From Cyanobacteria bacterium J06626_4 (GTDB taxonomy: Bacteria > Cyanobacteriota > Cyanobacteriia > Phormidesmidales > Phormidesmidaceae), in contig JBCBJQ010000013.1 in assembly GCA_038523235.1 (NCBI GenBank), positions 27,915 to 91,914 of the forward strand: DNA of 64,000 bases. The letters run 5' to 3'. Below, in pieces: positions 34,270-43,098 of this stretch (position 1 is the first letter of the stretch; every line of letters begins with the position of its first letter). Under the pieces are notes generated by a model. That model saw only the letters and a list, made by a program, of their open reading frames with translations. It had not been told where the DNA came from and did no database searches. The position numbers and the translations under genes are program-made.

Positions 34270-37143
34270 ATGCCTGCCAACCGCGATCAAAAATTGAACC
34301 TGCTGCGCTCCGTCGATTGGGTGGTCAACCCGTCGGGCGAAGTGGCGATCGCCAGTGGCGACACCTTAGAACTGCGCGTCACCTTGATGAACCAGGGTCA
34401 CCAGGGGGCCGTTTTTGACGTCTACCTCGATGAAACGGCAGAGCCCGTGCGCCACTGGTGTCGCGAGTCGTTTCAGCGATTAGCCTTGGATGCACAACAG
34501 TCGGCGGAGGTGGTCTTTCAGCTTGAGGTGCCGCTGCAAACCCTGCCCGACGCCTATGAATATTTGCTGGTGCTCGATGCGCCCCAGCATTACCCGGAAG
34601 AAACGCCGCTGCAGCATCAATCACGGCTGCGAGTGTTGCCGCCCGTGCAATCGGCAGAGCAGACCAAAGATCCCACCTTTCGCGTCGTGCCGGAGACGAC
34701 GCCCGCTCAGCCCCTGCTACTGCGGCCCGGTCAGCCCTTAGAGTTTCAGGCGATCGTTCACAACCGGTCGGATCGGGTCGATCGCTTCCGGCTCACCTGC
34801 GCCGACCTGCCCAAATCCTGGTATCGCATCGTCTATCCCGAGGGGCTGCAAAACCTGGGGCAGGTGATCAGCCGCGACAGCCTGCTGCTCAACCCCGGAG
34901 CCGAAGGGCGCATCATGCTGTTGCTGCAGCTGCCTGGCGATGTCCCTGCCGGACAGCACCTGCCGACGCTGCGACTCCATACCGCCAACGATCCGGATCT
35001 GGTGCTAATCGACGTGGCCTATCTGCAGGTTGCGCCCCACTTTGCCCTTGACCTGCATCTGCGATCGCAGCTGAGCCGGGTGCAGACCGGGGCGGGCACC
35101 TATGAACTGACACTCGTGAACGGCAGCAACACGCAGCGCTCCCTCACGTTGACGGCTCAGGAAACCGCCGAAAATCCAGTTTGCACCTACGATTTGGCGA
35201 CAGCTGACCTAACGCTGGCACCCGGCGCCACGACCACGGTGCCACTGGCGGTGCAGCCGACGCGGCGCTGGCGACGGCCTTGGTGGGGCCGGGGGTGGGC
35301 CATTCCCTTTTATGTGGAAGCGCAGGACACGCTAGCGTTGCGGGTCGATCGCGATCGCGTGGAGGGTGAGCTGCTGTGGGAAGCACGACCCTGGTGGCAG
35401 CGGTTGTTAGCCATAGCTTTGATCATTGGCGGCCTGACAGCACTGGGACTGCTGATTTGGCTGGCATTTTTTCGTCCCCCGGCGCGGCTGCAGGTGGCGG
35501 AGCTGGCCGCCGAGGGCGAGCTATACGAAGCCGCGCAAAATGACTTTATTCACCTGCGGTGGCAAGTGGGGCCACCCAGCGCGATTCGCTCACTGCAGCT
35601 GACGGGGCAGGCGCTATCGGGCGACCGCGACCCGGCCCCGCTAACCTACGATCTGAGCGAGGGCCTGCCCCCCGAACTGCAAGATATTTGCACCGTCAAT
35701 CGGCGCTGGCTCACCTGTCGCTTTGTGCGCACGGATGCTCGTCAACCGGGGGACTATCGCTTTGAGCTGACGGCTGTGCCCAACCAAGCTAGCCAAGCGA
35801 TCGCCACCGCTGAGAGCGAGCCGATTACCATCAACCCGCTGCCTGATCCGCAAATTGCCCGGCTGACCAGTCAGCTAATGGCCTGGAAGCCCCGCCCCGA
35901 GACGGCGGCGGCAAATAATCGCTCGCCGCGAGCGACCCCCCTGACGAATCCGTTGGCGGCGTTTCCCTGGTTGTTTCAAGGGGCGATCGCGCCGATCAAT
36001 CTGGCGCAGTTACCGGATCAGATTTTGGTATTAGCCTGGCAGATCGCCCATCCGGGGCAGCTCACCCAGCTCGAACTCACGGGGCGAGCAGCGGATAGCA
36101 GCCGCGATCTGCCGACGCTCACCTGGCCCTTAGATGCCGGACTGCCCGAAGAACTCCAGCCATTTTGTCAGGTGAGTGACCAACAACTGAGCTGCCAGCG
36201 GTTTCCTGCAGCGGTGCAGGCGGGTGAATACGTTTTTGAACTGGCCGCCCGCTACGGCATCACGCCCGATGACCCAGTCGGCACCGTGCTCATGGCAGAG
36301 ACCGATCCGCTGCAGCTGGTAGCCCCCTCCGCGCCCGAAATTTTAGCCTTTGCTCCCGATCGCTTTACCTATGATGCGGGAGCCACTGGCCCGCTGCGCC
36401 TGGGCTGGACGATCGCCCACCCCGGACAGCTACAAACCGTGCGCATCATTGGGCGATCGACCGATGGGCGCGTCAGCGTGCCGCCCTTTCAATTCACCTT
36501 TAGCGGCGGCATTCCCCCCGCGCTGGCTAATTTTTGTCAGCTCAGTGCCACCCAGCTCATCTGCAGCGGCGTCCCGATCGAGTTTGATCAACCTGGCCAG
36601 TATCAGTTTGAGTTAGAAGCCGTAGCGATCGGCAGTGGGGGGCAGGCCGCCGCCAAGCTCAAATCAGAACAGATCGACATCGAGGGGAGCGCCGCCAATA
36701 ATCCCGGCCCTCAGGTGCAGTTCTTTCGCATTGACGGCCAAAACGCGCCGCCCAAATATACCGTCGCCCTCGACCCCAACGCCCCGGCCCGTGATATTCG
36801 CCTGGCCTGGAAAGTGACCGGCACGGATTTGCAAGTGGAACTCCTGCCTTCCCCCGGCACGGTGCCCGCTGACGCTTTCCTCACCTACGAACTTGGCCCT
36901 GGCGAAAAAACGGAAACGCTCACCCTGCGCGTCACCGATGGTGAAGGCCGGCAGGTGCAGCGATCGGTCGTCATTGCCACGACAGTCGCGACCTCTGCCC
37001 CAGCCGCTGAGTCCCCTAGTCGGCCCGGTGCCTCGCCATCATCATCATCGCCCGCCCCAGTAAATCTGCCTGCCTCGCCCCCTGCCAACCGCGATCGCCT
37101 CCGCTACCCAGAGCCCAGCAACCCGAATCAGACCCAACCGTGA
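34270..37143 (+). CDS. Large membrane-anchored repeat protein (crown-like CIS component)
   Basis: N-terminal Ig-like segments; TM LLAIALIIGGLTALGLLIWLAFF; three repeats of W.I.HP..L...G.P..L..(F/I)C......L.C...G.Y.FEL; Pro/Ser tail. Confidence 0.78.
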   Translation: MPANRDQKLNLLRSVDWVVNPSGEVAIASGDTLELRVTLMNQGHQGAVFDVYLDETAEPVRHWCRESFQRLALDAQQSAEVVFQLEVPLQTLPDAYEYLLVLDAPQHYPEETPLQHQSRLRVLPPVQSAEQTKDPTFRVVPETTPAQPLLLRPGQPLEFQAIVHNRSDRVDRFRLTCADLPKSWYRIVYPEGLQNLGQVISRDSLLLNPGAEGRIMLLLQLPGDVPAGQHLPTLRLHTANDPDLVLIDVAYLQVAPHFALDLHLRSQLSRVQTGAGTYELTLVNGSNTQRSLTLTAQETAENPVCTYDLATADLTLAPGATTTVPLAVQPTRRWRRPWWGRGWAIPFYVEAQDTLALRVDRDRVEGELLWEARPWWQRLLAIALIIGGLTALGLLIWLAFFRPPARLQVAELAAEGELYEAAQNDFIHLRWQVGPPSAIRSLQLTGQALSGDRDPAPLTYDLSEGLPPELQDICTVNRRWLTCRFVRTDARQPGDYRFELTAVPNQASQAIATAESEPITINPLPDPQIARLTSQLMAWKPRPETAAANNRSPRATPLTNPLAAFPWLFQGAIAPINLAQLPDQILVLAWQIAHPGQLTQLELTGRAADSSRDLPTLTWPLDAGLPEELQPFCQVSDQQLSCQRFPAAVQAGEYVFELAARYGITPDDPVGTVLMAETDPLQLVAPSAPEILAFAPDRFTYDAGATGPLRLGWTIAHPGQLQTVRIIGRSTDGRVSVPPFQFTFSGGIPPALANFCQLSATQLICSGVPIEFDQPGQYQFELEAVAIGSGGQAAAKLKSEQIDIEGSAANNPGPQVQFFRIDGQNAPPKYTVALDPNAPARDIRLAWKVTGTDLQVELLPSPGTVPADAFLTYELGPGEKTETLTLRVTDGEGRQVQRSVVIATTVATSAPAAESPSRPGASPSSSSPAPVNLPASPPANRDRLRYPEPSNPNQTQP

Positions 37144-37261
37144 AGTCATGGACACCTTCCATATTTTGGCTATTCGCAAATTGCTCTTGTTGGCAGGGCA
37201 AATTTGAGGTCGGTGCTGATGCTGAATACACAACCATGCTGCAAGAAGCTTCAACCAGAGG

Positions 37262-37290
37262 TTGACAGAAACAAATTCTATGACTAGAGT
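37262..37290 (+). promoter_or_regulatory. Sigma70-type promoter for marR
   Basis: TTGACA-17 nt-TAGAGT. Confidence 0.6.
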
Positions 37291-37296
37291 TGAATA

Positions 37297-37311
37297 GTTC
37301 AAGTTTTGAAT
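37297..37311. promoter_or_regulatory. Putative MarR operator 1
   Basis: GTTCAA-gtt-TTGAAT just after the -10 element; similar site at 37804. Confidence 0.5.
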
Positions 37312-37331
37312 CTTTCGGTCGCTGAAGCAAA

Positions 37332-37781
37332 GTGAGCAACGCAGACGAGCTGACAAAGTATATTGCCATGCTTGCTGACCTGTTTGAGGTGGCGCAGGCG
37401 AGTTCAGGTGAAGCTGTCAGCATCAATAAGCAAGAATGTCGTGTCATCAATATGGTGGGACAGTATCAACCGCTCATGATGCGTGAGATTGCCGAAAGAG
37501 CGAAACTCAGTATCACGAACACGACTGGAATCGTGGATAAGTTAGTCAAAAGGAAGTATCTGCGCCGCGATCGCTCTGATGAAGATCGGCGCATAGTGAG
37601 GATTTTTCTGACATCCGAAGGGGAGAAAATCTATACGATGGAGATTGAGAATTACCGGCGGGTTAGTCAAGCCATTCTGAATGGTTTAGAAGAAGCAGAA
37701 CAAAAAGAGATGCTGCGAATGATGCAAAAAGTAGCCGTGCATCTCAAGCATCAGAAAGCTGAACTGTTGAAGAATTTGTAG
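37332..37781 (+). CDS. MarR family transcriptional regulator
   Basis: TGIVDKLVKRKYLRR..DEDRRIVRIFLTSEG wing motif. Confidence 0.92.
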   Translation: MSNADELTKYIAMLADLFEVAQASSGEAVSINKQECRVINMVGQYQPLMMREIAERAKLSITNTTGIVDKLVKRKYLRRDRSDEDRRIVRIFLTSEGEKIYTMEIENYRRVSQAILNGLEEAEQKEMLRMMQKVAVHLKHQKAELLKNL

Positions 37782-37803
37782 GGATTATTTTTTTGGCTAT
37801 AAA

Positions 37804-37818
37804 GTTCAAAAAATGAAC
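37804..37818. promoter_or_regulatory. Putative MarR operator 2
   Basis: GTTCAA-aaa-ATGAAC palindrome upstream of the SDR gene. Confidence 0.5.
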
Positions 37819-37867
37819 CTTTCAAAATATGAGTTTTATGGTCAAGCAATCAACACAGGAGAAAACC

Positions 37868-38653
37868 ATGCAGTATTACCTTGGGAAAACGGCTCTGATT
37901 ACTGGTGCCTCCAGTGGCATCGGAGAGTCGTTTGCTTATGAATTAGCCAAACGAAAAATGAACCTTGTCCTTGCGGCACGTTCAGAAGACAAGTTGCAAG
38001 CTCTAGCAGCTCAACTCCGCGATCTCTATGGCATCAGTGTCGAAGTCATTGCGGCCGATCTCAGTCGTGAAGGAGAAGGCTTCCGGGTTTATGACGAGGT
38101 GCAAGCCAGACAATTGCATATCGATATGCTGGTCAATAACGCCGGCTTCAGCACTCACGGAGCGTTTGAGTCAATTTTGCCTGATCAAGACCATCGGCAA
38201 GCCATGCTCAATGTAGTTTCTGTCGTTGATTTGACGCATGCGTTCATTCTAGGCATGTTGGCAAAAGGTGAAGGCCGCATTATCAATATTGGCTCAACCA
38301 CGAGTTTCTATCCACTACCTCATCAAGCCGTGTATGCAGCGACTAAAGCATTTGTCCTTTCATTCAGCGAAGCGCTGTGGATTGAGTACCGCAAGCGAGG
38401 AATTAAGGTGCTCGCTTTATGCCCAGGTGCCACAAACACAGATTTCTTTGACGCAATGGGGCGTGATGTTGTGGCAGGAAAGCATTCTCCACAGAAAGTT
38501 GTTCTCGTTGGATTATCTGCTTTGGAGCACAATCGGCACTATACGATTCCTGGTTTCAAAAACTCTTTTGAGTCGAATATCTTGCCGCGCTTACTGCCGC
38601 GTGCAGCGATGGCCACTCTAGTTGAAAGGGTCAGTCAACGTGCTTTTAAGTAA
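37868..38653 (+). CDS. SDR family NAD(P)-dependent oxidoreductase
   Basis: TGASSGIG, NNAG, YAATK, LCPG; AGGAG RBS before ATG 37868. Confidence 0.93.
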   Translation: MQYYLGKTALITGASSGIGESFAYELAKRKMNLVLAARSEDKLQALAAQLRDLYGISVEVIAADLSREGEGFRVYDEVQARQLHIDMLVNNAGFSTHGAFESILPDQDHRQAMLNVVSVVDLTHAFILGMLAKGEGRIINIGSTTSFYPLPHQAVYAATKAFVLSFSEALWIEYRKRGIKVLALCPGATNTDFFDAMGRDVVAGKHSPQKVVLVGLSALEHNRHYTIPGFKNSFESNILPRLLPRAAMATLVERVSQRAFK

Positions 38654-38672
38654 GCCGTCGACCAAGGCAGCA

Positions 38673-38757
38673 CCGTAACCCGGTTAGAGCGGACATGCAA
38701 AATTAGTTGATTCTGCAGCATAAAGCTATCGGTAGCCGCTCAACCGGAACGTTAGGC
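38673..38757 (+). other. Degenerate integron attC-like site
   Basis: TAAC..CCGGTT(A)GAGCGG...CCGCTCAACCGG-AAC-GTTAGGC; inner inverted repeat with one extra base; left spacing about 2 nt short. Confidence 0.55.
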
Positions 38758-38759
38758 AT

Positions 38760-39010
38760 ACAAAGCGACGTCGTTTTCTTCTTCGCCTTCAACATCATCA
38801 CGCATGGGTTTAGTGGCTTCAGATCTAAACAATTTCAGCTTTGTCCAGATGATGATTAATCAAGCACAGGCTGTGCCTACAATCGGATTCAAATCCGGGG
38901 AGTAAGGCAGGAGATACAGAAGATGACATCCGGCCTGCTGAATCAAGACTTCAAGATGCCCGACTCATCGAGATAAACTCGTTGTCAGAGCCTGGATTCG
39001 GTGGCGAGAG
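38760..39010 (-). mobile_element. Internally deleted IS630-family transposase remnant
   Basis: Minus strand reads RVYLDESGI, then after a frame change LEVLIQQAGCHLLYLLPYSPDLNPI, then WTKLK. Confidence 0.75.
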
Positions 39011-39012
39011 CC

Positions 39013-39660
39013 TCAATCGACATATTGCACAACCGCCTCAGTTTCATAGCGAACCTTAGCCGCACTCGCCAACCGATCCTCCTCAGAGCGATAGCCTGCG
39101 GCACATAGCACCACCGCAGAATATCCCTGTGCTGGGAGACCCAGAACTTCATTAACTTTGTCCGGCATGAAGCCCTCCATGGGGCAAGCGTCAATACCCA
39201 ACAGTGCCGCGCTGTATAAAAAGAATCCGAGGGCAATGTAGACCTGTTTAGCTGCCCACGTATCAATCTGCTGCGAGAAGGGATGATCTTTCAGAAAGCC
39301 TTTAATCGCGTTTTCTAGTCCTGCCAACGAATCTTTAGACGTTTGACGAACCTCAGCGACGCAATCGATATAGCGATCGACATCCTCGTTGTTAACCCCC
39401 GTTTTAATGGCTAAGACCACAAAGTGCGAAGCATCCACCACCTGCGACTGCCCCCAAGCCTGTTCCTGAAGCTGTTTACGAACTTCCGGATTGCGGATGA
39501 CAAAAAACTTCCAGGGCTGCTGACCAAACGAAGAGGGCGATCGCACCAAACTTTGTTCAAGCGCCTGCCAGACATCGTCGGTAATTTTCTGGGTGGGATC
39601 AAATTTCTTCGTGGCATAGCGCCAGTTGAGACGATCAAGAATCTGTTCTGGAGTCATCAT
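39013..39660 (-). CDS. Nitroreductase (NfsB-like NAD(P)H oxidoreductase)
   Basis: WRYATKKFD, SPSSFGQQPW, IDACPMEGF, AKVRY. Confidence 0.93.
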   Translation of the reverse strand: MMTPEQILDRLNWRYATKKFDPTQKITDDVWQALEQSLVRSPSSFGQQPWKFFVIRNPEVRKQLQEQAWGQSQVVDASHFVVLAIKTGVNNEDVDRYIDCVAEVRQTSKDSLAGLENAIKGFLKDHPFSQQIDTWAAKQVYIALGFFLYSAALLGIDACPMEGFMPDKVNEVLGLPAQGYSAVVLCAAGYRSEEDRLASAAKVRYETEAVVQYVD

Positions 39661-39791
39661 GATTTTGAGTGGTAGGTAGACAGATCACGGTGGATGGGCA
39701 ACAGAGTGGGCAGGTCAGAGGGGCAGGGATTTTGCACGTTAGCTTTGGTCTCGTGGGTAACTTAACCCATTTCCTGACTCTTCCTCTCTCT

Positions 39792-40244
39792 CTAAGGCGC
39801 TGGATACTGATCAAACTGTCGAGCCAGCGCTTGGATTGCTTCGCGACTCGGCTGACGGCCATCTTTGGTGAGTTCGGATAAGCCTTCAAAATATTGCCGA
39901 CGCGAAATCTCAGGACAAAACATGATCAGCATTTTGGATGGTTCTGAACTGGGATTGGCAAACGCGTGAGGTGTGTTTTGCGGCACCGTTGCACAGGTGC
40001 CGGGGGGAGCCATCACCGTTTCCCCATCAATAAATAACTCAATTTCGCCCTCCAGCACATAAAAAATTTCGACCATTTGCTTGTGAATGTGAGGATTGAA
40101 GGCTGGAGTTGCTGGATTCAGCGTGAATTCAAAAATACCGAAGTGGCCGTTCGTCTCTTGACCCGTCACTTTGAAGGTACAACTGCTGTTGCCCATCACC
40201 ACAGATTCGCCCTCGCCAGGCATCAGCACACCAGGTAATGACAT
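39792..40244 (-). CDS. Cupin domain protein
   Basis: PHIH...EIFYVLEGE, VPQNTPHAFAN. Confidence 0.88.
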   Translation of the reverse strand: MSLPGVLMPGEGESVVMGNSSCTFKVTGQETNGHFGIFEFTLNPATPAFNPHIHKQMVEIFYVLEGEIELFIDGETVMAPPGTCATVPQNTPHAFANPSSEPSKMLIMFCPEISRRQYFEGLSELTKDGRQPSREAIQALARQFDQYPAP

Positions 40245-40256
40245 CTTTTAGAGTCC

Positions 40257-40658
40257 TCACTTATGGGCAATCACAGCAACCGCATCAATTTCAAACAGCA
40301 TGCCGCTGGTCGCAAGTCGCGGCACTGGAATAAGCGTGCTAGCGGGTTTCTGATTAGGCCAGAAAGCATTGCGAGCAGCGGAAATGACGCGCAGCTTGTC
40401 ATCGGTATGATCGACTGACAACACGGTGATTTTGACTACGGTTTCGGGGAATGCACCGATCGCGGTCAGCGCCGTCCTCAGATTAGCGAACGCCCGGTCA
40501 ACCTGCTCAGAAAAACTTTCGGGATAGCCACCCTCGTCGGTCGTCCCAGAGCCCTGTCCGGCAATGTAAGCCAGCGTTGCTCCTGGCGGTACGGTCACGA
40601 TGTTGGTGAATCCGTAGCTGCTGGGATCATTGAGCTGGGTCGGATTGATAAATTGCAT
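40257..40658 (-). CDS. RidA/YjgF family protein
   Basis: YIAGQ, VVKIT, PASTLIPVPRLA, LFEIDAVA. Confidence 0.88.
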   Translation of the reverse strand: MQFINPTQLNDPSSYGFTNIVTVPPGATLAYIAGQGSGTTDEGGYPESFSEQVDRAFANLRTALTAIGAFPETVVKITVLSVDHTDDKLRVISAARNAFWPNQKPASTLIPVPRLATSGMLFEIDAVAVIAHK

Positions 40659-40701
40659 AAAAGAACTCTCCGGTTGACATTTTAGATGGCGCCGTGAGGG
40701 C

Positions 40702-41568
40702 TTATTCGTTGGATAAGGTCGCTTGCTGGCCGATTAGCACGCTGGTGAGAATCACAGCGACACCCATCAACTGGATGATCGTGAAGGTCTCTTGCAGCAA
40801 TACATAGCCGATGAGGCTGGCGACCACGGGACTCAATAGCCCCAGATAGGCCGCAGCGGATGCCTGGAGTCGTCTGATACCTCGAAACCAAAGGGCATAG
40901 GCGAGTCCAGTGCCGATGAGTCCCAGGTAAATAAACCCCCAGAGGTTAGTTCGCGTCAGCGCTGCAAACGGCCCTTCGGTCACTAAGGCAATAGGCAATA
41001 GCAGGAATCCACCGATCGTGAGCTGCCAGGCGGTGAAGACAATCAACGAAACCGGCGGCTGCCATCGCTTCACCAAGACAGTGCCGAGGCCCATGGCGGC
41101 GGCTCCCGCGATCGCCGCCACCATCCCCATGCTGTCTAAACGAGCACTGGGGCCAAGCACTAATAAACCGACGCCGACAAAACCGGCGATCGCCGCTAGA
41201 ACGGATGGTCGGGATGGCTTTTCGGCCAACAAAGGCCACGAGAATAGCACGACCAACAAGGGCTGAATGGCTCCTGCTGTGGCCGCCACACCACCCGGCA
41301 GCCGGTAGGCGGCCACAAACAATAGGGCCTGAAAAAGCCCGATGTTCAAGCCTCCCAAAACGAGCATGCGCCACCACCAGACACCTTGTGGCAGCTTCCT
41401 AAAGCCAATTGTGAGCAATAAACCAATCGGGAGCGAGCGTAGCGCGGCGACCAAAAGCGGATGGTCAGGCGGCAAAAATTCGGTTGCCACGGCATAGATC
41501 GTTCCCCAGGAGATGGGAGCCAGAGCCGTCAGCAGAATATCTGACAAGCGAGATTGAACGACCTTCAT
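40702..41568 (-). CDS. pecM: EamA/DMT family transporter, PecM-like
   Basis: TALAPISWG, AAYRLPGGVAAT, LGTVLVKRW, AYALWFRGI; about 10 TMs; divergent from PecS-like gene. Confidence 0.85.
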   Translation of the reverse strand: MKVVQSRLSDILLTALAPISWGTIYAVATEFLPPDHPLLVAALRSLPIGLLLTIGFRKLPQGVWWWRMLVLGGLNIGLFQALLFVAAYRLPGGVAATAGAIQPLLVVLFSWPLLAEKPSRPSVLAAIAGFVGVGLLVLGPSARLDSMGMVAAIAGAAAMGLGTVLVKRWQPPVSLIVFTAWQLTIGGFLLLPIALVTEGPFAALTRTNLWGFIYLGLIGTGLAYALWFRGIRRLQASAAAYLGLLSPVVASLIGYVLLQETFTIIQLMGVAVILTSVLIGQQATLSNE

Positions 41569-41572
41569 AATT

Positions 41573-41676
41573 TATCTTGAGGCTAAGATACTCTACGTCG
41601 AAACAATAGGTCAGATTCATCTTGACGTCAAGATACTTATCTTCAAGAATCCTTGATTTATCTCAATGCTAAGATT
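41573..41676. promoter_or_regulatory. Three palindromic PecS-type operator sites
   Basis: TATCTTGAGGCTAAGATA (41573), perfect ATCTTGACGTCAAGAT (41619-41634), TATCTCAATGCTAAGATT (41659). Confidence 0.75.
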
Positions 41677-41709
41677 GCCGACAATAAGATTTAGGGCATA
41701 CATTGTTTG

Positions 41710-42198
41710 ATGGTTTCCGACCCGGTCGATAAAATCTTGGCGCAATGGCAGCGCGAGCGCCCTGATTTAGATGCCTCACCCATGGACATTGTGGGGCGTA
41801 TGGCCAGGCTGTCTAAGCACTTAGATCGGGCAATCCAAGCGATATTTTCTGACTTTGGCCTGCGGCAAGGCGAGTTTGATGTGCTGGCAACACTTCGTCG
41901 TTCGGGTCAGCCCTATCAACTTTCACCCACCGAGTTATTCAATACGATGATGGTTTCGTCTGGCACCATGACGCACCGAGTGGACCGTCTAGAGCAGGCG
42001 GCGTTGGTAGAGCGTGTGCCGGACCCCAGTGATCGCCGCGGTACGCTAATTCATCTGACCCCCAAAGGCTTTGACTTGATCGAGGCGGCGGTCGCGGCCC
42101 ATGTCAACAATATGCATCGCGTCCTTGAGCCCTTGGAAGCAACTGAGCGGGAAGCATTAGCCCTGTTGCTTCGCAAGCTTTTGCTTTCGTTTGAGTAA
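41710..42198 (+). CDS. pecS: PecS/UrtR-type MarR regulator
   Basis: DKILAQWQRERPDLD, EFDVLATLRRSG, SGTMTHRVDRLE, DRRG. Confidence 0.85.
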   Translation: MVSDPVDKILAQWQRERPDLDASPMDIVGRMARLSKHLDRAIQAIFSDFGLRQGEFDVLATLRRSGQPYQLSPTELFNTMMVSSGTMTHRVDRLEQAALVERVPDPSDRRGTLIHLTPKGFDLIEAAVAAHVNNMHRVLEPLEATEREALALLLRKLLLSFE

Positions 42199-42879
42199 TG
42201 CGCTGTGTGTAGCTGAACAGTTGAAAGCGATGAGCTGCAAATAGCGCCAAGAACCCCGGGTTTTGTCGGAGAAAGCCGGTGATGAACTGGTCAAGATCAA
42301 GAAACCAGGGCTCTGACAGCCCCTTTTTTCAGTGGAGAAGTCCAGGCGTTACTCATTGACTCAACTGTCAATGCATAGCGCCTGCCTAACTGCTACGTAG
42401 AGGTGCAAGAAAGCTGCCGTACAGTCCCTTCTAAGCGCTGTGTCACATCCCTTGAAGTTCAGCCGCCCATTTTTCAGCCAGCGTCGCCATAAGTAAGCCA
42501 AAGTCGTCGGCATCTTGCTGAGTGACCGTCATCATCACCACGCGATTAATTACAGCACTGCGGGCAGGCTGACAAATCCACAAATCCGTCAGCTCCCCCT
42601 TGAAACAATGGCCGACCCGCACCTCAATATCGGCAGAGTAAACATCACTCTGAGGCGTCGAGGGCGTTGTTTGGGCGGCACCGGCAGCACGTCGGCTCCC
42701 TCACCCTCTTGGGCAGTTGCGGGGGGCACAATAGCAATGATGAAACCTAAACTCCAGGCGATCGCACAGCGGGAAAAGTCATTTTTAGAGTGTTGAAAAT
42801 GTCATGCCGAAGTGTCAAAAATAGCCTCATCGCCACGTTTTTTGCGGCAGTGGAGAACATTATACATAGCAAAATGAGG

Positions 42880-42912
42880 CTGAGTGCTGGTAGTATCGAC
42901 ACCAGCACTCAG
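42880..42912 (-). terminator. Hairpin, probable minus-strand terminator
   Basis: CTGAGTGCTGGT-agtatcgac-ACCAGCACTCAG 12-bp stem, followed on the minus strand by CCTCATTTT. Confidence 0.55.
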
Positions 42913-43098
42913 TCCCCAAAGCTCCTGTCGACACGCTAATTTAAATTAAGCGTTTCGCTCGGAAATGCCCCAACCTTGGGGATGTGGCGTCCGAGGTTCT
43001 GAGGGTTGAGACTTCAGGAAACAGAAATCGAGTGCAACTGCGTCAGTTCTGTCGTGATCGATGGAGTCCTTGATTCAGCCAAAATTCCAGGGTGGTTT

